DNA of 64,000 nucleotides from an uncultured Gemmatimonadaceae bacterium (GTDB lineage Bacteria; Gemmatimonadota; Gemmatimonadetes; Gemmatimonadales; Gemmatimonadaceae): assembly GCA_963829055.1 (NCBI GenBank), contig CAWHHI010000020.1, positions 544,001 through 608,000 of the forward strand, given 5' to 3'. Every line of letters begins with the position of its first letter. Position 1 is the stretch's first letter. Positions 11,032-19,116 of this stretch are shown here, piece by piece. Under the pieces are notes generated by a model that worked only from the letters and a program-made list of their open reading frames with translations, had not been told where the DNA came from and did no database searches. The position numbers and the translations under genes are program-made.

Positions 11032-11481
11032 GCATCATCGCGCCGGGGCCGGTGGGAACTACGATTGGGCGGATGAACGGCAAAACAACCGGATAGGTGT
11101 CATTCCGAGCGAGCGGCAGCGAGTCGAGGAATCGCGATCGTCCGGATCGAGGGGCCACTCTGCCAGTACCCTCACGATTCCTCGACTTCGCTCGGAATGA
11201 CAGCCCGGCTTTGCATTCACGCATCATTGCGCCGGGGCCGGTGGGAACTGCGATTTCGCGGATGACGCGGAAGAAGCAGGATGATCGCGTCGGTAGATCC
11301 GGCTCCTCACGCAACGAGCCGGGACTCTTTGGGAACGGCCGCTCGGGAGACTCCCGCGTCCCGAGCGGCCGTTCCCATTTCATTCAGGGCCGCGGCGAGG
11401 GCCAGCGTCGCTGCAAAGCAGTATCCGGCAGTTTTGCAGTTGATCCGCCAAATCGTAGTTCCCACCGGCCCCGGCGCGATG
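11032..11481. repeat. Composite repeat element family B, copy 1 (two direct ~60-80 bp units, internal hairpins, one inverted unit)
   Basis: Unit CATCGCGCCGGGGCCGGTGGGAACTACGATT.GGCGGAT...CCGGATA at 11032 and 11221, inverted at 11421-11481; same layout at 54019-54348. Confidence 0.85.
11098..11202. repeat. REP/REPIN-like element family A (TGTCATTCCGAGCG subtype), nested in the family B element
   Basis: TGTCATTCCGAGCG...GTCGAGGAATCG...CGATTCCTCGACTTCGCTCGGAATGACA; similar to 45172-45309. Confidence 0.9.
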
Positions 11482-11498
11482 AAGAGGAACCGACGAGG

Positions 11499-11891
11499 TC
11501 AACGACCCGCGACGTCGATGGGCCAGCTGCCCGTCCGCTCGTCTGATGGAGCTCCCGGCCGGTACATGATGACCCGAGCCCGTTCCAGCGTGATGAGTCC
11601 GCCGCCGATCATTTCATCGAGCTCGGGGAGGATCGCCTCGATGCGCTCCTCGGTCTCGACGCACTCCACGACGATCGGAAGGTCGAGCGAAAGCACTTCG
11701 ACACGATCGGTGCGGACGTGTGCACTGGCGCCGAATCCCATGATGGCTCGGAACACGGTCGCGCCGGCATAGTGACGGGCCCGCAGCAACTCGACGATCG
11801 CCTGATAGAGCGGCTTCCCGGATTTCGGGTCCTTGTCGCGCTCTCCTATGTGGATGCGCATGAGGGTGCGTTCACCCTTGAAGCCGTGCAT
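11499..11891 (-). CDS. DUF190 (PII-like) protein associated with crcB
   Basis: LMRIHIGERD, AGATVFRAIMGFG, LSLDLPIVVE; directly downstream of crcB. Confidence 0.92.
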   Translation of the reverse strand: MHGFKGERTLMRIHIGERDKDPKSGKPLYQAIVELLRARHYAGATVFRAIMGFGASAHVRTDRVEVLSLDLPIVVECVETEERIEAILPELDEMIGGGLITLERARVIMYRPGAPSDERTGSWPIDVAGR

Positions 11892-11924
11892 GACGTGCCT
11901 CCGCCTGAACCGGGACTCGTACCC

Positions 11925-12320
11925 CTACATCGACCGTCGCGCCGCGAGCAGCTGCCCGGCCGCCGCGATGCCGAGGAACGTCGCGACGAGCGACACCAGC
12001 ACGCTCGCGCCGATGTAGATCGCGGCGCGTCGATAGTCACCATCCTCGATGAGCGTCATCGCGTCGTAGCTGAACGTCGAGAACGTCGTGTACCCGCCGC
12101 AGAATCCGGTCGTAAGAAGCGCGCGAACCTCCGCCGAGACGGAGGGCGAGCCGAGCGCGTACCGGAGCACGAACCCGAGCACGAGTGAGCCGGTAACGTT
12201 CACGATCAAGGTGCCGATCGGAAACGTGCTCGACGCGCGCTGCTGGATGAACATCGAGAGTGCGTAGCGCGACGCACCGCCGACGGCGCTTCCGAGCGCA
12301 ACGTACCAGAGCAGGTTCAT
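11925..12320 (-). CDS. crcB: Fluoride channel Fluc/CrcB
   Basis: ALGSAVGGASRY, FPIGTLIVNVTGS, LLTTGFCGGYTTFSTF; ATG at 12320 after GGAG. Confidence 0.96.
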   Translation of the reverse strand: MNLLWYVALGSAVGGASRYALSMFIQQRASSTFPIGTLIVNVTGSLVLGFVLRYALGSPSVSAEVRALLTTGFCGGYTTFSTFSYDAMTLIEDGDYRRAAIYIGASVLVSLVATFLGIAAAGQLLAARRSM

Positions 12321-12346
12321 GGATCTCCGCGCGCGCGGGACCGAAC

Positions 12347-12383
12347 GAAAAGACTCCCACGCGTTAGGTGACGCGTAGGAGTC
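12347..12383 (-). terminator. Intrinsic terminator forming the riboswitch expression platform
   Basis: Minus strand GACTCCTACGCGT-CACCTA-ACGCGTGGGAGTC-TTTTCG: 13-bp stem (one G-U) plus U-tract; the 5' arm overlaps the aptamer 3' end. Confidence 0.85.
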
Positions 12384-12424
12384 ATCAGCCGAAATCGGCG
12401 GTTCACGGCGAACTCCATCGCCGA
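12375..12424 (-). ncRNA. Fluoride riboswitch (crcB motif)
   Basis: Minus strand GGCGATGGAGTTCGCCGTGAACCGCCGATTTCGGCTGATGACTCCTAC fits the consensus GGCGATGGnGTTCGCC...AAC...GCT(A/G)ATGACnCCTAC; upstream of crcB. Confidence 0.96.
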
Positions 12425-12511
12425 CCACGCTCCGTGGTGCGGCAATCCTACCGAGTCACGGCCCTCCCTGTCAACGCGACCGTGGTCGCGGTTGGGCCAG
12501 AGCGGGCGTGC

Positions 12512-12862
12512 TCACGCCGCCGCTTTGACCCGCTGGAACAGCGAGCCGAGCGCTCGGACGACCGTCTCGTTTCCCTCGCGGAGGAGCGCGGCGAGAATGT
12601 GCTTGCAGATCCGCTCGCGCCAGATGTGGTCCCCGCAATCACACCGGGGAATGGAGGTGGTGTAGAGGTCCACCCAGTGGTCGTGATCCCCGCCAACGAC
12701 GTGGTAGCGGCCGTTTCCAACTCGCCGCCCATCCAACGCGAGGCTTCGTTCCAGACGGTCCAGATCGACGCCCCCAGCTGCCTCGAAATCGATTGCGACG
12801 CGTGCTGCCGCGCCTGCTGCTACGTGTGCCATGCCCATCTCCATCCCTGTAGTCCAAGCCAA
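12512..12862 (-). CDS. Small SWIM zinc-finger protein; start uncertain
   Basis: CDCGDHIWRERICKHILAALL fits the SWIM CxCx(n)CxH motif. Confidence 0.8.
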   Translation of the reverse strand: MAWTTGMEMGMAHVAAGAAARVAIDFEAAGGVDLDRLERSLALDGRRVGNGRYHVVGGDHDHWVDLYTTSIPRCDCGDHIWRERICKHILAALLREGNETVVRALGSLFQRVKAAA

Positions 12863-13121
12863 TTATTCGCAACGGTAAAGCGTCCCAAATATACTCCGAA
12901 ACACCTCTCGGGTTTCGATATTCCCAGAGCGAATTGCTTACGAAATACCCTGCACTCGAGACGTGGAAACGGGCTCCGCGCTGAAAGATTTTCAGCGAGA
13001 TGTGAGACTTGGCGGGCGGTCGTCTCGTACTGACCTGAATCAGAAAGTGGCGTGATCGCGTTGCTCGCGCCGATCGTGTCCGTTTGACTCTGATTTGATA
13101 CCTCCTGCTTTGATTACGGTC

Positions 13122-13586
13122 ATGTCCTCATCGCCCAACACCGCCCCCTGGCAGCTCGCACCTGTGTCCGCAGCTCCGCGGGTCGCCGCGGCCGCGCTCG
13201 CGGTCATTGCCATCGATTCGACGTTCGCCTGGCAGTCGATGCCGCTCCTCGCGTCGATCGCGTTTCTGATCATTCCACTGCTTGTGGCTATCCGCGTCGT
13301 GCGCGGGTTTCCTGGGTCACTCAGCGCCAGCGCCGTCACCCTCGGCGTTACGGCAGCGCTCGCCGGTCGCGCGCTCGTTGCATCGACACCCTCTCGACCC
13401 GCATACGTCTCGTCTGCCCTTCTGGTCGCAGCGATCGTGAGCGCCGTCGGGCTAGCAGCCGTCGCGGTCGCCTGGTGGGGTCGGCGGCAGCACGCACCGA
13501 TCATTGCCATCGAGATCACCGACTCTGGCGAATTCGCGGTCGTCCGGAGCTGGTCACGCCGGGCCCGCAACCGGACATATCGATAG
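13122..13586 (+). CDS. Hypothetical membrane protein
   Basis: About four hydrophobic segments; no recognised motif. Confidence 0.45.
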   Translation: MSSSPNTAPWQLAPVSAAPRVAAAALAVIAIDSTFAWQSMPLLASIAFLIIPLLVAIRVVRGFPGSLSASAVTLGVTAALAGRALVASTPSRPAYVSSALLVAAIVSAVGLAAVAVAWWGRRQHAPIIAIEITDSGEFAVVRSWSRRARNRTYR

Positions 13587-13852
13587 CGCAGTCATCCTGG
13601 AACATGACGAGGGCAGCCGACTTTCGGACATTGTCGGCCATTTTGTGCAGAAAACGCATTATTTCTTGCGCGACGTCTCAGGTAACAGCTAGATTCTGAG
13701 ACCAACGCAACGGTTTTTCTGTCGTTTCTGCACGTTTTACAGAACGCCAGCGGGCCTTACATCGTGATGGCGCGACGTTAGGCCCGCCTCGTCGTTTTCC
13801 GAACCTGCCCTGTCCGCCCGCCCTCGAGCCTTCGTCCGGGAGTCTTCGACGC

Positions 13853-16090
13853 ATGCCATCAACCAGCTCAACGCCGCGAAAAGCCGCGATCCAGTCGATC
13901 GCCGGCCGAGCCGCCACCAAGCCAGCGCACCCTAACGCGTCCGAGAACGGCGGCCCGCCGCCACGCCCGACTTCCGACTACTTCGGCATCAACACATTCG
14001 GCTGGCGCCAGATGCGCTCGAAGCTGCCACGCGAGGTCTACGCGAAGCTTCTCGCCTCGGTCCGACACGGAAAGAAGCTCGATGGCGAGATCGCGCCGAC
14101 GGTCGCGCAGGTCATCAAGGAATGGGCGATTTCGCGCGGGGTCACGCACTTCACGCACTGGTTCCAGCCCATGACGGGGCTGACGGCCGAGAAGCACGAC
14201 GCCTTCCTCTCGTTCGATGATCAGCGTCAGCCGGTCGAGACGTTCTCCGGCGCACAGCTCATCCAGAGCGAGCCGGACGCGTCCAGCTTCCCGTCGGGCG
14301 GATTGCGCGCGACGTGGGAAGCGCGCGGCTACACGGCGTGGAACCCGGCGAGCCCGGTGTTCATCGTCGAGTCCGGCGGCGCACGCACGTTATGCATCCC
14401 GTCGGTCTTCATCGGCTACAACGGCGAAGCGCTCGACGAGATGACGCCGCTCCTCCGCTCGAGCGACGTCCTCTCCGAGAAGGCGATGGGGCTGCTCGAG
14501 TTGTTAGGCGACACCGGCATCATCCGCGTCTACACCACGCTCGGACCGGAGCAGGAATACTTCCTCATCGATCGCACCCACTTCGCGCTCCGCCCCGACC
14601 TCGTCATGGCAGGCCGCACGCTGGTCGGTGCGCCGCCGCCGCGCGGCCAGCAGCTCGAAGACCACTACTTCGGCGGCATTCCCGAGCGCATCCAGGCGTG
14701 CATCTCCGAAGTCGAGACTGAGCTGTACAAGCTCGGCGTCCCGATCGTCACGCGGCATAACGAGGTCGCGCCCTGTCAGTTCGAGATGGCGCCGAACTTC
14801 GAGGACACGGACATCGCCGTCGACCACAACCAGCTCGTGATGGCGACGCTGCGCAAGGTCGCGTTGCGCCACGGACTGCAGGCCGTGCTGCACGAGAAGC
14901 CGTTCGCCGGGATCAACGGCTCGGGCAAGCACTGCAACTGGTCCATGGCCATCTCGGCCGACGGTCCGCTCGATGGCGTGAACCTGCTCAAGCCGGGCAG
15001 GACGCCGCATCAGAACATCCGCTTCCTCATCTTCCTCGCGGCCGTTCTGAAGGGCGTGCACAAGCACGCGGGACTCCTGCGCGCCGGCATCGGCACGTCG
15101 GGGAACGAGCACCGGCTCGGCGCGAACGAGGCACCGCCCGCCATCATCTCGGTGTTCATGGGCGCCATGCTCACGCGTCTCATCGAGAACATCATCGCCG
15201 GCAAGGAAGCGGGCAAAGGCGCTGAGCAGCAGCTCATCAAGCTCGGCGTCGCGAAGCTGCCGGAGATCGAGAAAGACAACACGGATCGCAACCGCACGTC
15301 GCCGTTCGCGTTCACCGGCAACAAGTTCGAATTCCGCGCCGTCGGCTCGTCGCAGTCCATCGCGTTCCCGGTCACGCTGCTCCATGCTGCGGTCGCCGAA
15401 GCGATCGGCGAGCTCACGGATCAGCTCCGCGAGACGCTCAAGCGCACGAAGAACGTGAACGACGCGGTGCTCAAGGTCGTACGCGAGTCGTTCAAGGAGA
15501 CGAGCGCGGTGCGCTTCGAAGGGAACAACTACTCGCAGGAGTGGGTGGACGACGCTGCCAAGCGTGGCCTGCTCAATCTGCGTCGCACGCCGGAAGCGCT
15601 GGCACAGCTCACGACGAAGTCGTCGCGCGCCGTGTTCACGAAGCTCGGCATCCTCGCGAAGGCCGAGATCGACTCGCGCTACCACGTGCGGATGGAGCGC
15701 TACATCAAGGACATGCTCATCGAGCTGCACACGTTAGGCCAGATCATCGATACGATGATCCTGCCGGCGTGCTACTCGTATCATGGACTGCTCGCCGAGG
15801 CGGCGTCGAATGCGACGGCGGCCGGGATCAAGTCGATTCCACAGATCGCGGCGGCGAACGAAGCCGGCGCGCTCATCGAGCAGCTGCAGACCCGTCGCGC
15901 GGCACTGGCGAAAGTGATCGAGAACGCGGAGCACAAGCACGACGACGTCGACGGCTGTGGCCGGCTGCTGACGTCGGACGGCGCCGACGCGATGGCGGCG
16001 GTGCGCGAGACGTGCGACGCACTCGAGCTCATCGTCGGTGACGAGTACTGGCCGCTGCCGAAGTACCGGGAGATGCTCTTCCCGGTGTAG
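13853..16090 (+). CDS. glnA: Glutamine synthetase type III
   Basis: THWFQPMTGLTAEKHDAF, EPDASSFPSGGLRAT, HEKPFAGINGSGKH, DRNRTSPFAFTGNKFEFRA, WPLPKYREMLF; 745 aa. Confidence 0.96.
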   Translation: MPSTSSTPRKAAIQSIAGRAATKPAHPNASENGGPPPRPTSDYFGINTFGWRQMRSKLPREVYAKLLASVRHGKKLDGEIAPTVAQVIKEWAISRGVTHFTHWFQPMTGLTAEKHDAFLSFDDQRQPVETFSGAQLIQSEPDASSFPSGGLRATWEARGYTAWNPASPVFIVESGGARTLCIPSVFIGYNGEALDEMTPLLRSSDVLSEKAMGLLELLGDTGIIRVYTTLGPEQEYFLIDRTHFALRPDLVMAGRTLVGAPPPRGQQLEDHYFGGIPERIQACISEVETELYKLGVPIVTRHNEVAPCQFEMAPNFEDTDIAVDHNQLVMATLRKVALRHGLQAVLHEKPFAGINGSGKHCNWSMAISADGPLDGVNLLKPGRTPHQNIRFLIFLAAVLKGVHKHAGLLRAGIGTSGNEHRLGANEAPPAIISVFMGAMLTRLIENIIAGKEAGKGAEQQLIKLGVAKLPEIEKDNTDRNRTSPFAFTGNKFEFRAVGSSQSIAFPVTLLHAAVAEAIGELTDQLRETLKRTKNVNDAVLKVVRESFKETSAVRFEGNNYSQEWVDDAAKRGLLNLRRTPEALAQLTTKSSRAVFTKLGILAKAEIDSRYHVRMERYIKDMLIELHTLGQIIDTMILPACYSYHGLLAEAASNATAAGIKSIPQIAAANEAGALIEQLQTRRAALAKVIENAEHKHDDVDGCGRLLTSDGADAMAAVRETCDALELIVGDEYWPLPKYREMLFPV

Positions 16091-16107
16091 TCGTCCTACA
16101 CGTCCTG

Positions 16108-16505
16108 CTACACGTCCTGCCGCGTTAGGGCGCGAGGAGTACGGCCGTCCACATCGGTCACGCCGTACTCCTCCGCCACCGCAGCCGCGACCAGCACCTC
16201 GCCGCTCCGCCGCAACACGTTCTCGTCGCCGGCCAGCGCCGCGATCACTAGCCGCCCCACGCGTTGTTCACGAGATGATCGATACGACCGTGCCTGGCGT
16301 CGATCTGCGCGAACACGCGCTCGACCTCCGCATCGTCCGTGTGATCGCACGGTACGCGGATCACGTCCGGCGGGAGGTCAGCGTCGGCGACCGTTCGGCC
16401 GGTCGCGTACACGGTCGATCCGGTTTCCGCCATGCTGACGGCAACGCCGCGACCGACGCCGCGGCTCCCGCCCGTCACGAGCGTTACGGTGTCCGCGAGC
16501 GCCAC
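16108..16505 (-). pseudogene. Internally deleted SDR oxidoreductase (DHRS1-like)
   Basis: N-terminal VTGGSRGVGRG...LVNNAWGG joined out of frame to C-terminal VIAALAGD...AEEYGVTDVDGRTP; the catalytic YxxxK segment is missing. Confidence 0.8.
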
Positions 16506-16595
16506 GACGACACCTCCACGATTCTGGCAACGTGAGTAACGTTCATCATGGTGATGGTGAAAACCGACGACGACCATGATGCCGCGGCTCGTTGA

Positions 16596-17123
16596 ATGAC
16601 GCCACCGACAGTTCGACTCGTGCCGTACGACAGCACGTGGCCATTGGAGTTCGCCACCGAAGCCGAGCGTATCGAGCGAGCGTGTGCCGGCCTGCCGATC
16701 AGGCTCGAACACATCGGGAGCACGTCGATTCCCGGGCTGTCCGCGAAGCCCGTGATCGACATTCTCGCCGGCCGACCCGGCAACGTTCGCGGCACAAGTT
16801 ACGTCGAGGCGTTCAAGCAGCTGGGCTACGAGCACAAGGGTGCGTTCGGTATTCCGGGACGAAACTATTTCCGCCGCGGCACGCCGCGCACGCATCACGT
16901 GCATCTGGTGAACTGGTCGAGCGACCTGTGGAGCGATCACCTTCTCTTCCGTGACTACCTCCGCATGCATGCCGAGGTTGCGCGCGAGTACGAGACGCTC
17001 AAGCGAGAGCTCGCCGGACTGTACTTGCACGACAAGGAGCGGTACACCGACGCCAAGGGCCCCTTCGTTCGTTCGATCGTGCGTCGCGCCCGCGAAGAAG
17101 GCTTCGCCGACGCCTACCGCTGA
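16596..17123 (+). CDS. GrpB/UPF0157-family nucleotidyltransferase-fold protein
   Basis: EHIGSTSIPGLSAKPVIDI, HLLFRDYLR, YTDAKGPFV. Confidence 0.93.
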   Translation: MTPPTVRLVPYDSTWPLEFATEAERIERACAGLPIRLEHIGSTSIPGLSAKPVIDILAGRPGNVRGTSYVEAFKQLGYEHKGAFGIPGRNYFRRGTPRTHHVHLVNWSSDLWSDHLLFRDYLRMHAEVAREYETLKRELAGLYLHDKERYTDAKGPFVRSIVRRAREEGFADAYR

Positions 17124-18385
17124 TGCCACCGCGTAGCCCACGTCGCTCGGCCGCACAGTCGAAGGCCGACAAACTGACTGGGACGATCGAGCCGACGACG
17201 GCGTCCGCTGAGCTCGCGACGCTCACCGCACTCGCTCAGGCGCTGAGCGGACCGGCCGATCTGGCGACGTCGCTCGAGGCCGCGCTCGCGACCGTTGCCG
17301 ACCTGCTCGGTCTCGAGACGGGATGGGTGTGGCTGCTCGACGCGTCGAACGAGCCGACGCTCGCCGCCGCTCGCGCTCTGCCGCCGTCGCTGCGTGATCA
17401 CCCTGACGCGATGCACGGCGACTGCTACTGTCTCAAGACGTTTCGTGCAGGTGATCTTCGCGGTGCCGCGAACGTGAACGTCGTCTGGTGCAGCAGGCTC
17501 GCGCTGCTCCACGACGATGACGGAGGCGACGACGACGTCGGTCGACTGCAATGTCACGCGAGCGTCCCGCTCGCGGTGGGTGACCGCAGGCTCGGGATGT
17601 TGAACGTCGCGAGCCGTGACTGGCGTGTGCTCTCGGATGCAGAGCTGAGCCTGTTGACGACTGCCGGTGCGCTCGTGAGCCTCGCCGTGGAGCGCAGTCG
17701 GCTCGAGGCCGCGACCGTTCGCGCGCGCGCCGCGGAAGAGCGCAATCGCCTTGCGCGTGAGATTCACGACACGCTCGCCCAGGGACTCGCCGGCCTCACC
17801 ATGCATCTCGAGGTCGCGGACGCACTCACGAGTACCAGCGCGCCCGGCGACGAGCGACTCGGTGCCGCTGTCAGGCGGGCACTCGCGCTTGCGCGGTCGA
17901 CACTCGACGAAGCGAGACGGTCGGTGCTGGATCTGCGTGAGGCACCACTCGAGGGGCGAACGCTTCGGGAGGCGATCGACGCGCTGGCCCACCACACCCG
18001 GGCCATGAATGCGGAGCGCGTCGAGATCGAGACCGCCGTGTCCGACGAGGTGGACGACGGCCTAACGCCGGCCATCGCCACCGGTCTCTACCGGGTGGCC
18101 CAGCAGGCCGTCGCCAACGCGCTGCAGCATGCCCGAGCGCGACACATCCTGGTGCGCCTCACGCGAGACACCGGCACCCTCCGGTTGCGCGTCGAGGACG
18201 ACGGGACCGGCTTCGATGCGGGTGACGTATCGGCCGACCGCTTCGGGCTCGTCGGCATGCGGGAGCGCGCGCACCTCATCGGCGGCACGCTGACGGTGGA
18301 GAGCGCGCCGGACGCCGGGACGGCGATCAATGTGGTGGTGCCGGTCGACGTTAGGCGTGGGCGTCCGCGGCACGGGCAGCCATGA
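17123..18385 (+). CDS. Cytoplasmic GAF sensor histidine kinase (HisKA_3) with Cys-rich GAF (AirS/YhcY-like)
   Basis: EERNRLAREIHDTLAQ, VEDDGTGF, FGLVGMRER; GAF has CYC-x19-CSRL...CHASVPL; no transmembrane segment. Confidence 0.92.
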   Translation: MPPRSPRRSAAQSKADKLTGTIEPTTASAELATLTALAQALSGPADLATSLEAALATVADLLGLETGWVWLLDASNEPTLAAARALPPSLRDHPDAMHGDCYCLKTFRAGDLRGAANVNVVWCSRLALLHDDDGGDDDVGRLQCHASVPLAVGDRRLGMLNVASRDWRVLSDAELSLLTTAGALVSLAVERSRLEAATVRARAAEERNRLAREIHDTLAQGLAGLTMHLEVADALTSTSAPGDERLGAAVRRALALARSTLDEARRSVLDLREAPLEGRTLREAIDALAHHTRAMNAERVEIETAVSDEVDDGLTPAIATGLYRVAQQAVANALQHARARHILVRLTRDTGTLRLRVEDDGTGFDAGDVSADRFGLVGMRERAHLIGGTLTVESAPDAGTAINVVVPVDVRRGRPRHGQP

Positions 18386-19047
18386 GCAACCCTGACACGC
18401 CAGGGCGGATTCGCATCGCCGTCGCCGACGATCACCCCGTTGTTCGCGACGGCCTGATCGCGATGCTCGAGACGCAACCCGATTTCACGATCACGGGCAG
18501 CGCGGGAACCGGCGCCGAAGCGCTCGCGCTCGTACGGTCGAGCGACCCCAATGTCCTGCTGCTCGACCTCGAGATGCCGGACCTCGATGGCGTGGCGGTG
18601 CTGCGCCGCCTGCGCGAAATGAACGGACGTGTGCGTGCGATCGTGTTTACTGCCTTCGACACCGACGAGCGCATCATCTCGGCCGTGGAGGCCGGAGCGG
18701 CCGGGTATCTCCTCAAGGGCGCGCCGCGCGCGGACGTGTTCGCGGCTGTGCGCGTGGTGGCCGGCGGCGGCTCGCTGCTCGCGCCACTCGCGGCGTCGGC
18801 GGTGCTGCGTCGCGTCCGCGGTGAATCGCCTCCAACCACCGCGACGAGTCCGGGCCTAACGCCGCGCGAGCGGAGTGTGCTCGAGCACCTGGCGCGTGGG
18901 CTCGGCAACAAGCAGATCGCGGCGCGACTCGGGATCTCCGAACGAACGGTCAAATTTCATGTGAGCTCGGTGTTCACGAAGCTGGGCGCCGCGAACAGAA
19001 CGGACGCCGTGGCGCGGGCCGCGCAGGCCGGGATCATCCAGCTATAG
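18382..19047 (+). CDS. NarL/LuxR-family response regulator
   Basis: ADDHPVVRDG, LLDLEMP, LTPRERSVL...NKQIA...TVKFHVS; ATGA overlap with the kinase. Confidence 0.96.
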   Translation: MSNPDTPGRIRIAVADDHPVVRDGLIAMLETQPDFTITGSAGTGAEALALVRSSDPNVLLLDLEMPDLDGVAVLRRLREMNGRVRAIVFTAFDTDERIISAVEAGAAGYLLKGAPRADVFAAVRVVAGGGSLLAPLAASAVLRRVRGESPPTTATSPGLTPRERSVLEHLARGLGNKQIAARLGISERTVKFHVSSVFTKLGAANRTDAVARAAQAGIIQL

Positions 19048-19116
19048 CATTCGACGCGTCGCAGCGAGCGGTGCTCAGTGACGGGATGTGCTTCGGGCAG
19101 GTCGGCAGCGAGCGCT

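Noticed and set aside
11032..11481. CRISPR array
   Set aside because: Only two long direct units plus an inverted one; no regular repeat-spacer period and no cas genes.
13640..13790. NtrC sites or sigma54 promoter upstream of glutamine synthetase
   Set aside because: AT-rich, with GTGCAGAAA...TTTCTGCAC inverted segments, but the spacings do not fit NtrC or -24/-12 consensus.
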